The notes under the pieces are model-generated. The model had not been told where the DNA came from, did not search any database, and saw only the letters and a list, made by a program, of their open reading frames with translations. From assembly GCA_965208105.1 (NCBI GenBank), contig OZ242318.1:2304001-2368000 (forward strand): a DNA stretch of 64,000 nucleotides. Reading direction: 5' to 3'. The position numbers and the translations under genes are program-made. This document shows positions 1 through 9,173 of this stretch, piece after piece; within the stretch, counting starts at the first letter, position 1; each line of letters opens with the position of its first letter. The stretch is from Candidatus Latescibacterota bacterium (lineage in GTDB: Bacteria > Latescibacterota > UBA2968 > UBA8231).

Positions 1-2309
1 GCGGCCGCCTGCAGGCCGACGTCGGCAACCTCAGCCTGGGACTGAATGGGGCCAACGTGCATATCTACCAGAGTACCCGGTCCGGCGGCAGCCTCAAGGG
101 GGTACTGCATCCCCAGCAATTTCTCATGGATTACGTGGTGGTGCGCTTTTCCGACGACTCGCCCCGGGACGGCCGCGGCGGTCCAGCGGTGCACGAGGTG
201 CAGATCGCGGTAAACGGTCAGCTGCGTCCCGAGATCAGGCCGCGAGTGATCCGCCATCGCAGGGGCGTCGACACGCAGGTGGGAAGCTTCTCGCGAGTGG
301 CCGGCGGGTTTCGCAAGATTCCCTACAACCTCCTCACCGCCGATCGGGGCGGAGGATATTACCGGGCTACAGCCCCTTTTTACTTCGGGCGCATAGATCG
401 TCCGCTCTATGCGGATTTTCTCTACCGGCTGGACCACGAGGCCGGCGTGGATGTGAGTAATATCACCAATCTGGAAGGACTCCTGGACAACTTCAAGGTG
501 GAATCACCGGCCGAGATCCTGCAGGTGGACGGAGACGGACAACTGGTCTACATCTTCGACCTATCCCGGGAGCCGCTACTCAAGACCGTGGAGATAGAGG
601 CCCTGGTGGGCAACGACTACCATATCGAGGTAGCTACCTTGGCGGAGGTCAATCCACGGGCGGTCAACCGAACGACGCAGCTGATGAGCACCTTCTACCG
701 AACGGTGCTCAGGGCGCCGGACAATGTGCAGGATCTGTCCAACCTCCGGCGCGTCCGTTTCCACGTTGGCGAACAGACCGGCCTTTTCACCTACAGCGCC
801 GATGTGCAACTGACCATGGCGGGGATTGAGATTCAGGGCGAATATGCGCGCTCGGCCCTCTACTCGCGTTTCCCGGCTCGCATGGAGCGAGTGCCCATCT
901 TCAACAAGGCGCCGAGTTTTCTGGAACAGGGATCGGCCTACTACATCAACGCCACCCGCTGGTTCGGTCGGTGGCGCCTGGGAGGAGAATACTTTGCTAT
1001 TAACCCTGACTACCAGACCACTCTGCGCGCCTTCCAACCGATCGACTTTCTGTGTTGTTATCGCGGCCGCATGGGCGGCGTAGTCAACGAAACCATGTAC
1101 TGGGATCTGGTGCAGGACAACGAGGACGCCGATCCCTTTCCCGACCGCTCCACCGGCGATACCCTGGGTTTTCCCGAGAATCGCTTTGGCATCGACAGGG
1201 ATGGAGTTTTCATCGGACAAGATGAAGACCGGGACGGAATTATGGATGCCAACCGAAACTTCAACGGCATTCCCGACTATGAAGAACCCTTCCTCATGTA
1301 CAACGTGGAATCCAACGCCTACGCCTATGGCCTGGATCGCAACAACAACGACGAGCCGGACCAGCGCGAAGACGACGTGGACTGGGATTACCCCTACGAC
1401 TTCGACCAGCGCGGCCTTCATCTCTTTGGAGAGGTGGATCTGAGTCGTTTCTGGTCCTTCGGGCTCGGATCCTACGGCGTCGAAGAAGTCGCCGGTCCGG
1501 GGCGCAACAAGGCGACCTATGCGCTGCTGACCTACCAGCGGCGAGGCGTGGAACGCCTTTGGAAGCTCTTCTTTGAAAGCCAATTCCGCCGGGTGCAGGA
1601 CGATATCGCCGACGAGTACAACGTGGTGAATGAACGCACCGTCCGCGCCGGATTCCTGGACAATGCGGAAAGAGGAGTTGATACCCGCCTGCGCCCCGAC
1701 CCCCTGTTCTACCAGGACAGTTACGTGCACGAGAGTTACCTGGAAGGATGGGTCAATCCCTGGTCCACGCTTCTTCTAGCGCAGAAGTTGCGCCTGCGGC
1801 TCAACTGGCAACAAGGGGGATCCCTGCATCCGGGCATCGGCCAGCCGCAACGCCGCCTGGACCACTGGACCCTGGTCAGCCAAGCGGACTATACCTGGTA
1901 CGTGGGCAAATTGAGCCTTACGCCGCAGTTCAAGTTCCTTCTCCTGAGGCTGCGGGACCGAGATGCTGGGAGAAATCTACTTTCCGAGTGGAGTGCGATT
2001 CCCATCGTCAAGGCCGCATATCCCCTGCTGGCCAGAACATGGCTGCAGGCCGGTATTCAGGGTCTGGGTGCGCTGCCCTACCGTTTCCGAGACCAGGGGG
2101 CCGGGCGCAACAGCTTTGAGCGCCGCACTGCCTTCGTCACCCTTGTCAACCGCACCCGTTATTTCGGCTACGATCTGTACACGATCGTGGGCATCGATAG
2201 AGACCGCAAGGATTTCGACAGTCCCTTTCAGCAAGATCTGGAATTTGATGCGTGGCGGTTTTTTGTGCGCGCGCTCGTCGGCTTTACCGAGTACGCCCAG
2301 CCCATATAG
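1..2309 (+). CDS. Large hypothetical protein, 5'-truncated by the window edge; probable outer-membrane beta-barrel with an internal acidic DxDxDG (Ca-binding-like) region
   Basis: Frame is open from base 3 (GRLQADVGNLSLG...). Central D/N-rich repeats (DNEDADPFPD, DRDG, DEDRDG, NRNFNGIPD, DRNNNDEPD). Alternating aromatic beta-strand pattern in the C-terminal half. Confidence 0.6.
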   Translation, partial: GRLQADVGNLSLGLNGANVHIYQSTRSGGSLKGVLHPQQFLMDYVVVRFSDDSPRDGRGGPAVHEVQIAVNGQLRPEIRPRVIRHRRGVDTQVGSFSRVAGGFRKIPYNLLTADRGGGYYRATAPFYFGRIDRPLYADFLYRLDHEAGVDVSNITNLEGLLDNFKVESPAEILQVDGDGQLVYIFDLSREPLLKTVEIEALVGNDYHIEVATLAEVNPRAVNRTTQLMSTFYRTVLRAPDNVQDLSNLRRVRFHVGEQTGLFTYSADVQLTMAGIEIQGEYARSALYSRFPARMERVPIFNKAPSFLEQGSAYYINATRWFGRWRLGGEYFAINPDYQTTLRAFQPIDFLCCYRGRMGGVVNETMYWDLVQDNEDADPFPDRSTGDTLGFPENRFGIDRDGVFIGQDEDRDGIMDANRNFNGIPDYEEPFLMYNVESNAYAYGLDRNNNDEPDQREDDVDWDYPYDFDQRGLHLFGEVDLSRFWSFGLGSYGVEEVAGPGRNKATYALLTYQRRGVERLWKLFFESQFRRVQDDIADEYNVVNERTVRAGFLDNAERGVDTRLRPDPLFYQDSYVHESYLEGWVNPWSTLLLAQKLRLRLNWQQGGSLHPGIGQPQRRLDHWTLVSQADYTWYVGKLSLTPQFKFLLLRLRDRDAGRNLLSEWSAIPIVKAAYPLLARTWLQAGIQGLGALPYRFRDQGAGRNSFERRTAFVTLVNRTRYFGYDLYTIVGIDRDRKDFDSPFQQDLEFDAWRFFVRALVGFTEYAQPI

Positions 2310-2317
2310 GCGCGATC

Positions 2318-2470
2318 ATGTACCGGGGCTCAAATGGAGGCTTGTGGAATGCGGGGGCCGGGGCGTTTGCCGACGGCGTGTCGGGCATTTACGCCGCCAG
2401 GGACACAGGCGATGAAGTGGTATTCGATGCTGGATCAGGGTCCTATGTCTTCCAATTGACCGGTCGGTAG
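2318..2470 (+). pseudogene. Short fragment resembling the extreme C-terminus of a GH78 alpha-L-rhamnosidase-like glycosidase
   Basis: Peptide ...LWNAGAGAFADGVSGIYAARDTGDEVVFDAGSGSYVF resembles the terminal 'V.F..GSGSY.F' beta-strand motif. Only about 50 aa. Confidence 0.35.
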
Positions 2471-2494
2471 GTGCCGTTTACAAGGAGAGCAACA

Positions 2495-3298
2495 ATGACC
2501 CAAGCGAACAGGAAACGCGCCGAACTCGATCCCATTCCCGATGGGCTGGTTGTTCTGACCTTCGACGACGGAGCCAAATCGAACGGCACCTTCGTCGGTC
2601 CCCTCCTCCTGCGCTACGGATTTGGGGCAACGTTCTTCATCACCGAGGGCCTCAATTTCCTTGAAAACAAGCAATACTATATGACCTGGGACGAAATCCG
2701 CGAGCTGCACGCCGCCGGCTTTGAGATCGGCAACCATCTGGGGCGGCACGTGGATATGCGCAAGCACTCCAGGGAGGAAATCGAGGCCGACGTTGCACAG
2801 ATCGAGCAGCGCTGCCGGGAACACGGTATCCCGGTGCCGCGCTCATTCGCCTATCCCGGGGGACACAGCAGTCCGGAGGCGGTGGAGGTGCTCGCCCAAG
2901 CAGGCTACCTCTTCGCCCGCCGCGGCTGTGAGCCACTCACCGTCAGCGTGGACTACGAATGGGGCGGGCGTGGTCCGGCTTACGAACCACACCGCGATCA
3001 TCCCCTGCTCATTCCTATCACCGGCAACGCCGGTCCACACTGGACATTCGACGATCTGGTCTGGGCCGTCGAGCAGGCCAGAGACGGCAAGATCGCCGTC
3101 CTGACGTTTCACGGCGTGCCGGATCTTGATCATTCCCATTGTACCGTCGAGCCCGAAGAATTTATCGGCTATATGGACTATTTACGAGACCGCAATTGCA
3201 CTGCCATTGCCACGCGCGACCTGGTCAGATACGTCGATCCCAACCAGCCCTTTCCAAGGGACCTGGACTTCAGCGCGGTAAACGACCCCAACTGTTAA
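2495..3298 (+). CDS. Polysaccharide deacetylase (CE4/NodB homology), copy A1
   Basis: TFDDG, ATFFI, EIGNHLGRH, FAYPGG and LTFHG motifs. SD AAGGAG upstream of ATG 2495. Confidence 0.9.
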   Translation: MTQANRKRAELDPIPDGLVVLTFDDGAKSNGTFVGPLLLRYGFGATFFITEGLNFLENKQYYMTWDEIRELHAAGFEIGNHLGRHVDMRKHSREEIEADVAQIEQRCREHGIPVPRSFAYPGGHSSPEAVEVLAQAGYLFARRGCEPLTVSVDYEWGGRGPAYEPHRDHPLLIPITGNAGPHWTFDDLVWAVEQARDGKIAVLTFHGVPDLDHSHCTVEPEEFIGYMDYLRDRNCTAIATRDLVRYVDPNQPFPRDLDFSAVNDPNC

Positions 3299-3308
3299 AG
3301 GTGTTGAC

Positions 3309-4460
3309 ATGATTCCGCCACGGAGAGACAGCAGAATAACCAGCCAGCCAGAACAGGTGACGCGAGAAGATTGGTGCAGGGGATACTTCGAGTACCCCGG
3401 CTTGACGGTGCAGGTCCTGGAGACACAGATCATCATCCCCGCAAGCTACACCGTCAATCCGGCCGCATTCCTCTTCAAGCTGGCCAACGGCGAACTGGTA
3501 GCTGGCGCCCGCTATGGTGAATACAACCAGTGGAATCGTCCCGATGCAGAGAGCGATATCAAAGATGAACCGCCTTGGATGCGGTCGACGGATGGGGGCA
3601 GGAACTGGGACGAAACACCTCCCTGGCCTTCTTATTCTTCGTGTCAAATGCCCGGCGGTGAGATCATCTCGCTGGGGCGGACGCATCTGGAAGTTGGAGA
3701 TCGGGAGGGGGAGTATACTACGTGGCTTTACAGCTCTACTGACAATGGCTACACCCACGAACAGGGGGTCGCCACTTTGGTGGGGGTGCCCAAAATGATC
3801 TTGATGCATCACGACTCGGGCCGCACACTTCCCTGGGGCTGGGTAGACCATTCAGTGACTGTTCTTCCCGACGGAAGTCTGCTGGCCGGCCTGCACGGGA
3901 GATTCGAGTCCGATGTGAAGTACCGGGTATTCGTGGTGCGCTCCACCGACCGGGGTAAGACTTGGCATTACCTGTCGACGGTCGTCTTCGATCTAGATCC
4001 CGGGAGCGACCGTCGCCAGAACGGCTTTTGCGAACCCAAACTGCTCGTGCTGCCCAGCGGCGAAATTCTGTGCTTCATACGCTCTGGAGGCACCTACAAC
4101 GCCACCTTCTCCCCCCTCTACCTGAGTAGGTCCATCGACGGAGGTAGGAGCTGGAGTCACGCCGACGAGATCGCCGACCGCGGAGTGTGGCCCCAGGCTT
4201 GCAGGATGGACAGCGGCGTTCTTGCCTTGGCCTATGGACGCACCGGCGACTGGTTGGCCTTCAGCATCGACGAGGGTTACCACTGGATCGGCCACTTCTG
4301 CTATTTCCACGGTCCCCAGTCCCTGGACGGCTGCAGCCACGGGGCGGTAGAGGAGGTAGAGCCCGGCACGCTGCTGGTCGCCTACGCCCGAACCGATTTC
4401 AATGATCCCTGTCAGAGCGAACTGCTGGGGACCGTCGTGCAGGTCTGCCGGGAACCCTAA
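3309..4460 (+). CDS. Asp-box (BNR) beta-propeller, sialidase-like protein, copy B1
   Basis: Asp boxes RSTDGGRNW, RSTDRGKTW, RSIDGGRSW and FSIDEGYHW, plus an FCEP motif. No signal peptide. Confidence 0.85.
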   Translation: MIPPRRDSRITSQPEQVTREDWCRGYFEYPGLTVQVLETQIIIPASYTVNPAAFLFKLANGELVAGARYGEYNQWNRPDAESDIKDEPPWMRSTDGGRNWDETPPWPSYSSCQMPGGEIISLGRTHLEVGDREGEYTTWLYSSTDNGYTHEQGVATLVGVPKMILMHHDSGRTLPWGWVDHSVTVLPDGSLLAGLHGRFESDVKYRVFVVRSTDRGKTWHYLSTVVFDLDPGSDRRQNGFCEPKLLVLPSGEILCFIRSGGTYNATFSPLYLSRSIDGGRSWSHADEIADRGVWPQACRMDSGVLALAYGRTGDWLAFSIDEGYHWIGHFCYFHGPQSLDGCSHGAVEEVEPGTLLVAYARTDFNDPCQSELLGTVVQVCREP

Positions 4461-4562
4461 TCCGCTGTTCGTTGGCGCACTGGCGCCGATCCGTTTGCAC
4501 CCATCGTATCAATCCGGCCTGGAGCAAGACTGTAAGCTTTGTCGGAGGCCGAGGAGAATGAG

Positions 4563-5699
4563 ATGATACCACCAGCAAGAGACACCAAAGTAACCAGGCA
4601 GCCCAAATCCGTGACGCGCTTCGACTGGTGCAAGGGATATTACGAGTATCCGGGACTGATCATCGAAGTCGGCGAAACCTATGCCCTGACACCGTCCTGC
4701 GTCAACGAGTGTCCGGCCGCATTTCTGTTCGCGCTCGCCAACGGCGATGTAGTAGTTGGCTCCCGCGCTTGCATGAAGGACAACGAAGATATCGTCGGCA
4801 TGGGCGCCTGGCCTACGTGGAAGCACTCGATCAACGCGGGCAAAACCCGGTTTGCCGGAGCAAAAGGTAGCTGGGAGAATATGCCGCCGTGGCCCTCCTA
4901 TTCCGCCTGCCAACTGCCCGACGGCGAGATCGTCTCCTTGGGACGCTCGCATTTGCGGGAGACCGACCGGCCGGGGACATACACCCTCAGGGTCTACCGG
5001 TCCACCGACGACGGCCACACCCACCAGGGGGAAACAGCCACCATGGTCGACCTGCCCAAACTCCACCCTGACCGGACGTGGGTGGACCATTCCGTGGCCA
5101 TTCTCCAGGACGGCACCCTGCTGGCCGCCCTGCAAGGCTGCTTCGAAAATGACGTAAAAACACGAACCTTCGTGATGCGTTCGCGCGATCGGGGCAGGAC
5201 ATGGCAATACCTCTCGACAGTTGCCTTCGATCTGGACCCGGGGACGGACCGCCGCATGGACGGTTTCTGCGAGCCCTACTTGCTTGTCCTCTCAAGCGGT
5301 GAAATTCTTTGCTTCATGCGCTCGGGAGGGACTTACAACGCCACCTTTACGCCCCTCTACCTGAGCCGCTCCATCGACGACGGGCAGAGCTGGAGCCACG
5401 CAGACGAGATCGCCGATCGCGGGGTCTGGCCCAATGCCTGCCGCATGGCCAACGGCATCCTCGCCGTGGCCTACGGGCGTCCCGGGGATTGGCTGGCGTT
5501 TAGCATCGACGAAGGGCACCACTGGATCGGCCACTTCAACTTCTATCACGGCCCCCAGTCGCTGGATGCCGCCAACTACAACTGGGTGGAGGAAGTGGCG
5601 CCGGACATATTGCTCGTCGCCTATTCCCGCACCGACTTCGAAGATATTCGCCAGAGCGAGATCCTGGGCACTTACCTTCGCGTCCGCCGCGAAAGCTAG
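4563..5699 (+). CDS. Asp-box (BNR) beta-propeller, sialidase-like protein, copy B2
   Basis: Paralog of B1 with the MIPP..D N-terminus, RSRDRGRTW and RSIDDGQSW. SD GAGGAG. Confidence 0.85.
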   Translation: MIPPARDTKVTRQPKSVTRFDWCKGYYEYPGLIIEVGETYALTPSCVNECPAAFLFALANGDVVVGSRACMKDNEDIVGMGAWPTWKHSINAGKTRFAGAKGSWENMPPWPSYSACQLPDGEIVSLGRSHLRETDRPGTYTLRVYRSTDDGHTHQGETATMVDLPKLHPDRTWVDHSVAILQDGTLLAALQGCFENDVKTRTFVMRSRDRGRTWQYLSTVAFDLDPGTDRRMDGFCEPYLLVLSSGEILCFMRSGGTYNATFTPLYLSRSIDDGQSWSHADEIADRGVWPNACRMANGILAVAYGRPGDWLAFSIDEGHHWIGHFNFYHGPQSLDAANYNWVEEVAPDILLVAYSRTDFEDIRQSEILGTYLRVRRES

Positions 5700-5724
5700 C
5701 GCTTTGCCGGAGAAGGAAAGCGAG

Positions 5725-6849
5725 ATGATACCGCGTCAAAGGGACGGCAGAATCAACAGGCGGCCGGGCCACGTAAGGCGGGAAGATTGGTGCAAAGGAT
5801 ATTACGTGTATCCCGGCTTGACAGTGCAGGTCGGAGAAACCCAGCTCATCACCCCCATGAGCTATACCGAAAACCCAGCCACGTTCCTGTTCAGGCTGGC
5901 CAACGGCGATCTGGTGGTCGGCAACCGCGCCTGGATGGAGTACGATGAAGCTGCACGCGACACGAGCGCTTGGCCGGCGTGGAAGCGTTCCCACGACGCC
6001 GGCAAGACCTGGGAGGAAACACCGCCCTGGCCTTCGTGGGCGGTGTGCCAACTGCCCGATGGCGAGCTCATCTCGCTAGGGCGAACACATCTGAAAAAGA
6101 GCGCTCGAGAAGGGGAATATACAACCTGGATTTACCGTTCGACCGATCACGGCTACACCCACGAGCAAGGAGTCGCCACCCTGTATGGGGTGCCCAAGCT
6201 TCACTCCAGCCGGCCGGCGCCTCATACGTGGGTAGATCATTCCACCGCGGTCCTCCAGGACGACAGCCTGCTGGCTGGCCTTCATGGCTTCTTCGAGAAT
6301 GACGTAAAGGTTAGGGTCTTCGTGATCCGCTCGCACGACCGGGGCGAGACCTGGCACTACCTGTCGACGGTTGCCTTCGACCTCGACCCGGGGCCTGACC
6401 GCCGGCTGAACGGCTTTTGCGAGCCCGGGCTGCTGGTCTTGCCAAGCGGCGAGATCCTCTGTTTCATTCGATCAGGCGGCACCTGGAATTCCACCTTCAC
6501 TCCACTCTACCTGAGCCGCTCCATCGACGGGGGACGGAGCTGGAGTCACGCCGACGAGATCGCCGATCGCGGCGTTTGGCCCAATGCCTGCCGCATGGCC
6601 AGCGGCGTACTGGCGGTGGCCTATGGGCGCACCGGGAATTGGCTGGCGTTCAGCGTCGACGAGGGGCACCACTGGATCGGGCACTTCTGCTATTTCCACG
6701 GTCCCCAGTCGCTGGATGGCTGCACTCACAGTTGGGTGCAGGAAGTGGCGCCGGATACATTGCTCGTCGCCTATTCCCGCACCGACCTCCGCGACCCCTG
6801 CCAGAGCGAGATCCTCGCCACTTACCTCCATGTCAATGCGGGGCACTAA
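5725..6849 (+). CDS. Asp-box (BNR) beta-propeller, sialidase-like protein, copy B3
   Basis: Paralog of B1/B2. Start re-assigned to ATG 5725 (MIPRQRD) by homology with the other copies. Confidence 0.85.
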   Translation: MIPRQRDGRINRRPGHVRREDWCKGYYVYPGLTVQVGETQLITPMSYTENPATFLFRLANGDLVVGNRAWMEYDEAARDTSAWPAWKRSHDAGKTWEETPPWPSWAVCQLPDGELISLGRTHLKKSAREGEYTTWIYRSTDHGYTHEQGVATLYGVPKLHSSRPAPHTWVDHSTAVLQDDSLLAGLHGFFENDVKVRVFVIRSHDRGETWHYLSTVAFDLDPGPDRRLNGFCEPGLLVLPSGEILCFIRSGGTWNSTFTPLYLSRSIDGGRSWSHADEIADRGVWPNACRMASGVLAVAYGRTGNWLAFSVDEGHHWIGHFCYFHGPQSLDGCTHSWVQEVAPDTLLVAYSRTDLRDPCQSEILATYLHVNAGH

Positions 6850-6864
6850 CTATGGGAGAGTGAA

Positions 6865-7668
6865 ATGGAGACATCAGTATCAAAACAAGGCGACTACCTC
6901 GAACCTATCCCGGATCGCCTGGTCGTCATGACCTTCGATGACGGGGTCAAGTCGCAGGCTACCTTTGCAGCTCCGTTGCTCAGGCGTCATGGTTTTGGCG
7001 GCACCTTTTTCATCACCGAGGGGCTGCGCTTTCTGACCCACAAGCAGTACTACATGACCTGGGACGAGATCCGTCAATTACACGAGGATGGTTTCGAGAT
7101 CGGCAATCATCTGGGTCGGCACGTGGATATGCGCAAGCAGACGAAAGAAGCGATCAGAGCAGGTGTGGAACACATAGAGCAACGCTGCAGAGAAAACGGT
7201 ATTCCCGTGCCGACGACCTTCTGCTACCCAGGGTCTCACACCAGTGCTGAGGCGGTAGAGGTCATTGCAGAAAAGGGCTATCTCTTCGCCCGTCGTGCAT
7301 GCGAGCCGGTTACCGCACTGCCCGACTACCAGCGCGGAGGCAATGGCCCTCCCTACGATCCGACGAAAGACCATCCCTTCCTCATACCGGCGACGGGTCA
7401 CCCGGGTTCGGACTCGACCTTTGACGAATGCGTCGATGCAATGGAGCAGGCGCGGGACGGCCAGGTCTGCGTCCTCACCTTCCACGGAGTACCGGACCTC
7501 GACCATCCCTTCTGCAGCACAGATCCCAAGCTCTATGAAGCATGCGTAAAGTACCTTGCCGACAATGACTACACCGTTATTGCCCTTCGCGATCTGGTAA
7601 AGTACGTGGACCCCCACCAGCCGTTTCCCGCCGATTTCGACTTCAGTACAATCAACTGGTGGAAGTAG
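6865..7668 (+). CDS. Polysaccharide deacetylase (CE4/NodB homology), copy A2
   Basis: TFDDG, EIGNHLGRH, FCYPG and LTFHGVPDLDH. Clear paralog of 2495..3298. Confidence 0.9.
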   Translation: METSVSKQGDYLEPIPDRLVVMTFDDGVKSQATFAAPLLRRHGFGGTFFITEGLRFLTHKQYYMTWDEIRQLHEDGFEIGNHLGRHVDMRKQTKEAIRAGVEHIEQRCRENGIPVPTTFCYPGSHTSAEAVEVIAEKGYLFARRACEPVTALPDYQRGGNGPPYDPTKDHPFLIPATGHPGSDSTFDECVDAMEQARDGQVCVLTFHGVPDLDHPFCSTDPKLYEACVKYLADNDYTVIALRDLVKYVDPHQPFPADFDFSTINWWK

Positions 7669-8072
7669 TAGGTATCTTTTTCCTCAATCCTCAGATAACC
7701 CTCGTTGCCCGTGGCGAAGACGACAGTGGTCACTCGAACTCCGGCGTTGACCAAGCCCTCGTAATCCTGCTTTTGATAGGCGCACCAGAACACAAGCCGC
7801 GCTGGCCGCCGTGGGGAAACCGTATTTCAGGCCCAAATCTGCTGCGAATCCGCCTTAAAGTCGATCAGAAGCCACTTGACCTACTTGCCGTCGTTGCGCA
7901 AGATGGCCGCGCACCGCTTTGGCGGGCCAAAGAGTTGTTGCCCTCGTCAGCGCCGCAAATTGTGCTGCCATCCCCCGTTCCTTGCCGGAAAGGAGATACC
8001 CCGGGCAATGGGCCAGGAACTGCGGTCGGTCCCTCCAGGCTCTTCTAGCGCAAACTTCCTTCACCCTTTGGC

Positions 8073-8873
8073 TCACACCGTCAGCGTGACCCGGTCCTTT
8101 TTGACGATTTCTTTGACGTGGGTGTGGAAGGCGGGCTCCGCGAGTTCCCGAGTTTCCGGGGAAAGTCGCTCCAGGATTGCCGGCGGGAACGATCCTTGGC
8201 CCAGGTACTGGGGCTGGTACCTGAGGATGAGAAAACGGCGGTCGCGGTCCCTGGGCCTCCAGTGCAGGATGCCGTGGGTCAGCAGCTCGGAGATGAGGAC
8301 AACGTCTCCGGCCCGGGGGATGACGTTGGCAAAGCCCGGATTGGGATCGGGATCGCTGTTCCCATCGGGATGGACAAAGAGACTTTTGGGCCGCTCCACT
8401 TCGGCTTTGTGCGAACCGGGAATTACCAGCAGGCCGCCGTCGCCGGGAAAGACGTCGGTCAAGTAGACGAAGGCCACGAACATGTCGCAGTAGATGCGGT
8501 TTTCGCGGACCTCGTAGCGCGTCGTCTGCCAGCGGTCTTCGCGGGCACAGTGCCACATACCAAAGCGAGCGTTTTGGTGTGTATTGACGGCAAGGCTGCC
8601 GTTGTAGAGCCTCGGCCTGTCCGAGGTCAGCTCCTTGACGATAGGCCAGGTTACCGGGTGCAGCGTCAGGGCTTCCAGGGCTTTGTCGAAGGCGAAGCCA
8701 TAGACGAATTTCTGACGGTCTTCGGTCTCGAAGCCGGGGGGCCGCTCCTCGTACGGGGTGCGGACGTAGCGCTCGGCGGCCTTCTGAGCGTTCTCCAACT
8801 CCTCGGCGCCGAGGACGTTTTTCAAATGTAGGTAGCCGGTTACGTCGAAGAGATAGCGCTGTTCGGGAGTCAT
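8073..8873 (-). CDS. Phytanoyl-CoA dioxygenase (PhyH)-family Fe(II)/2-oxoglutarate enzyme
   Basis: MTPEQRYLFDVTGYL start, YLTDV..GDGGLLVIPGSHK, AGDVVL..LTHG and distal Arg in DRRF. Start re-assigned to ATG 8873. Confidence 0.85.
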   Translation of the reverse strand: MTPEQRYLFDVTGYLHLKNVLGAEELENAQKAAERYVRTPYEERPPGFETEDRQKFVYGFAFDKALEALTLHPVTWPIVKELTSDRPRLYNGSLAVNTHQNARFGMWHCAREDRWQTTRYEVRENRIYCDMFVAFVYLTDVFPGDGGLLVIPGSHKAEVERPKSLFVHPDGNSDPDPNPGFANVIPRAGDVVLISELLTHGILHWRPRDRDRRFLILRYQPQYLGQGSFPPAILERLSPETRELAEPAFHTHVKEIVKKDRVTLTV

Positions 8874-9173
8874 ATCATTCCTTCCCGTTGAGCCTCCGGC
8901 AGCGGGCTGCGGAAGGGGCGGAAGGCGGTAAGGATAATCTCGGCCGCGGGGTTGCCAGTGACCCTGCGGAGAGGAGTTCGAAGGCGGGGGCGTGGACTCG
9001 GCCCTGGAGGCCATGAAGCAGGTATTCTACTTCAAGAAGCTTCGGCACCTCGCTGGCCGATTTTGACGCAGGTATCGGAGGTGGGGGCGTGCCGGACGGG
9101 TTCACCACGGGCCACGACCACTCCTGAAGCTGCAGAAACCCAACAGCCCGCTGAAAAAAATCCATCCGGGCTG

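Noticed and set aside
3309-6849. Repeated nucleotide blocks considered as a CRISPR array or DGR template/variable repeats
   Set aside because: They are paralogous coding sequence with about 1.2-kb periodicity. There is no spacer structure, reverse transcriptase or adenine-specific variation.
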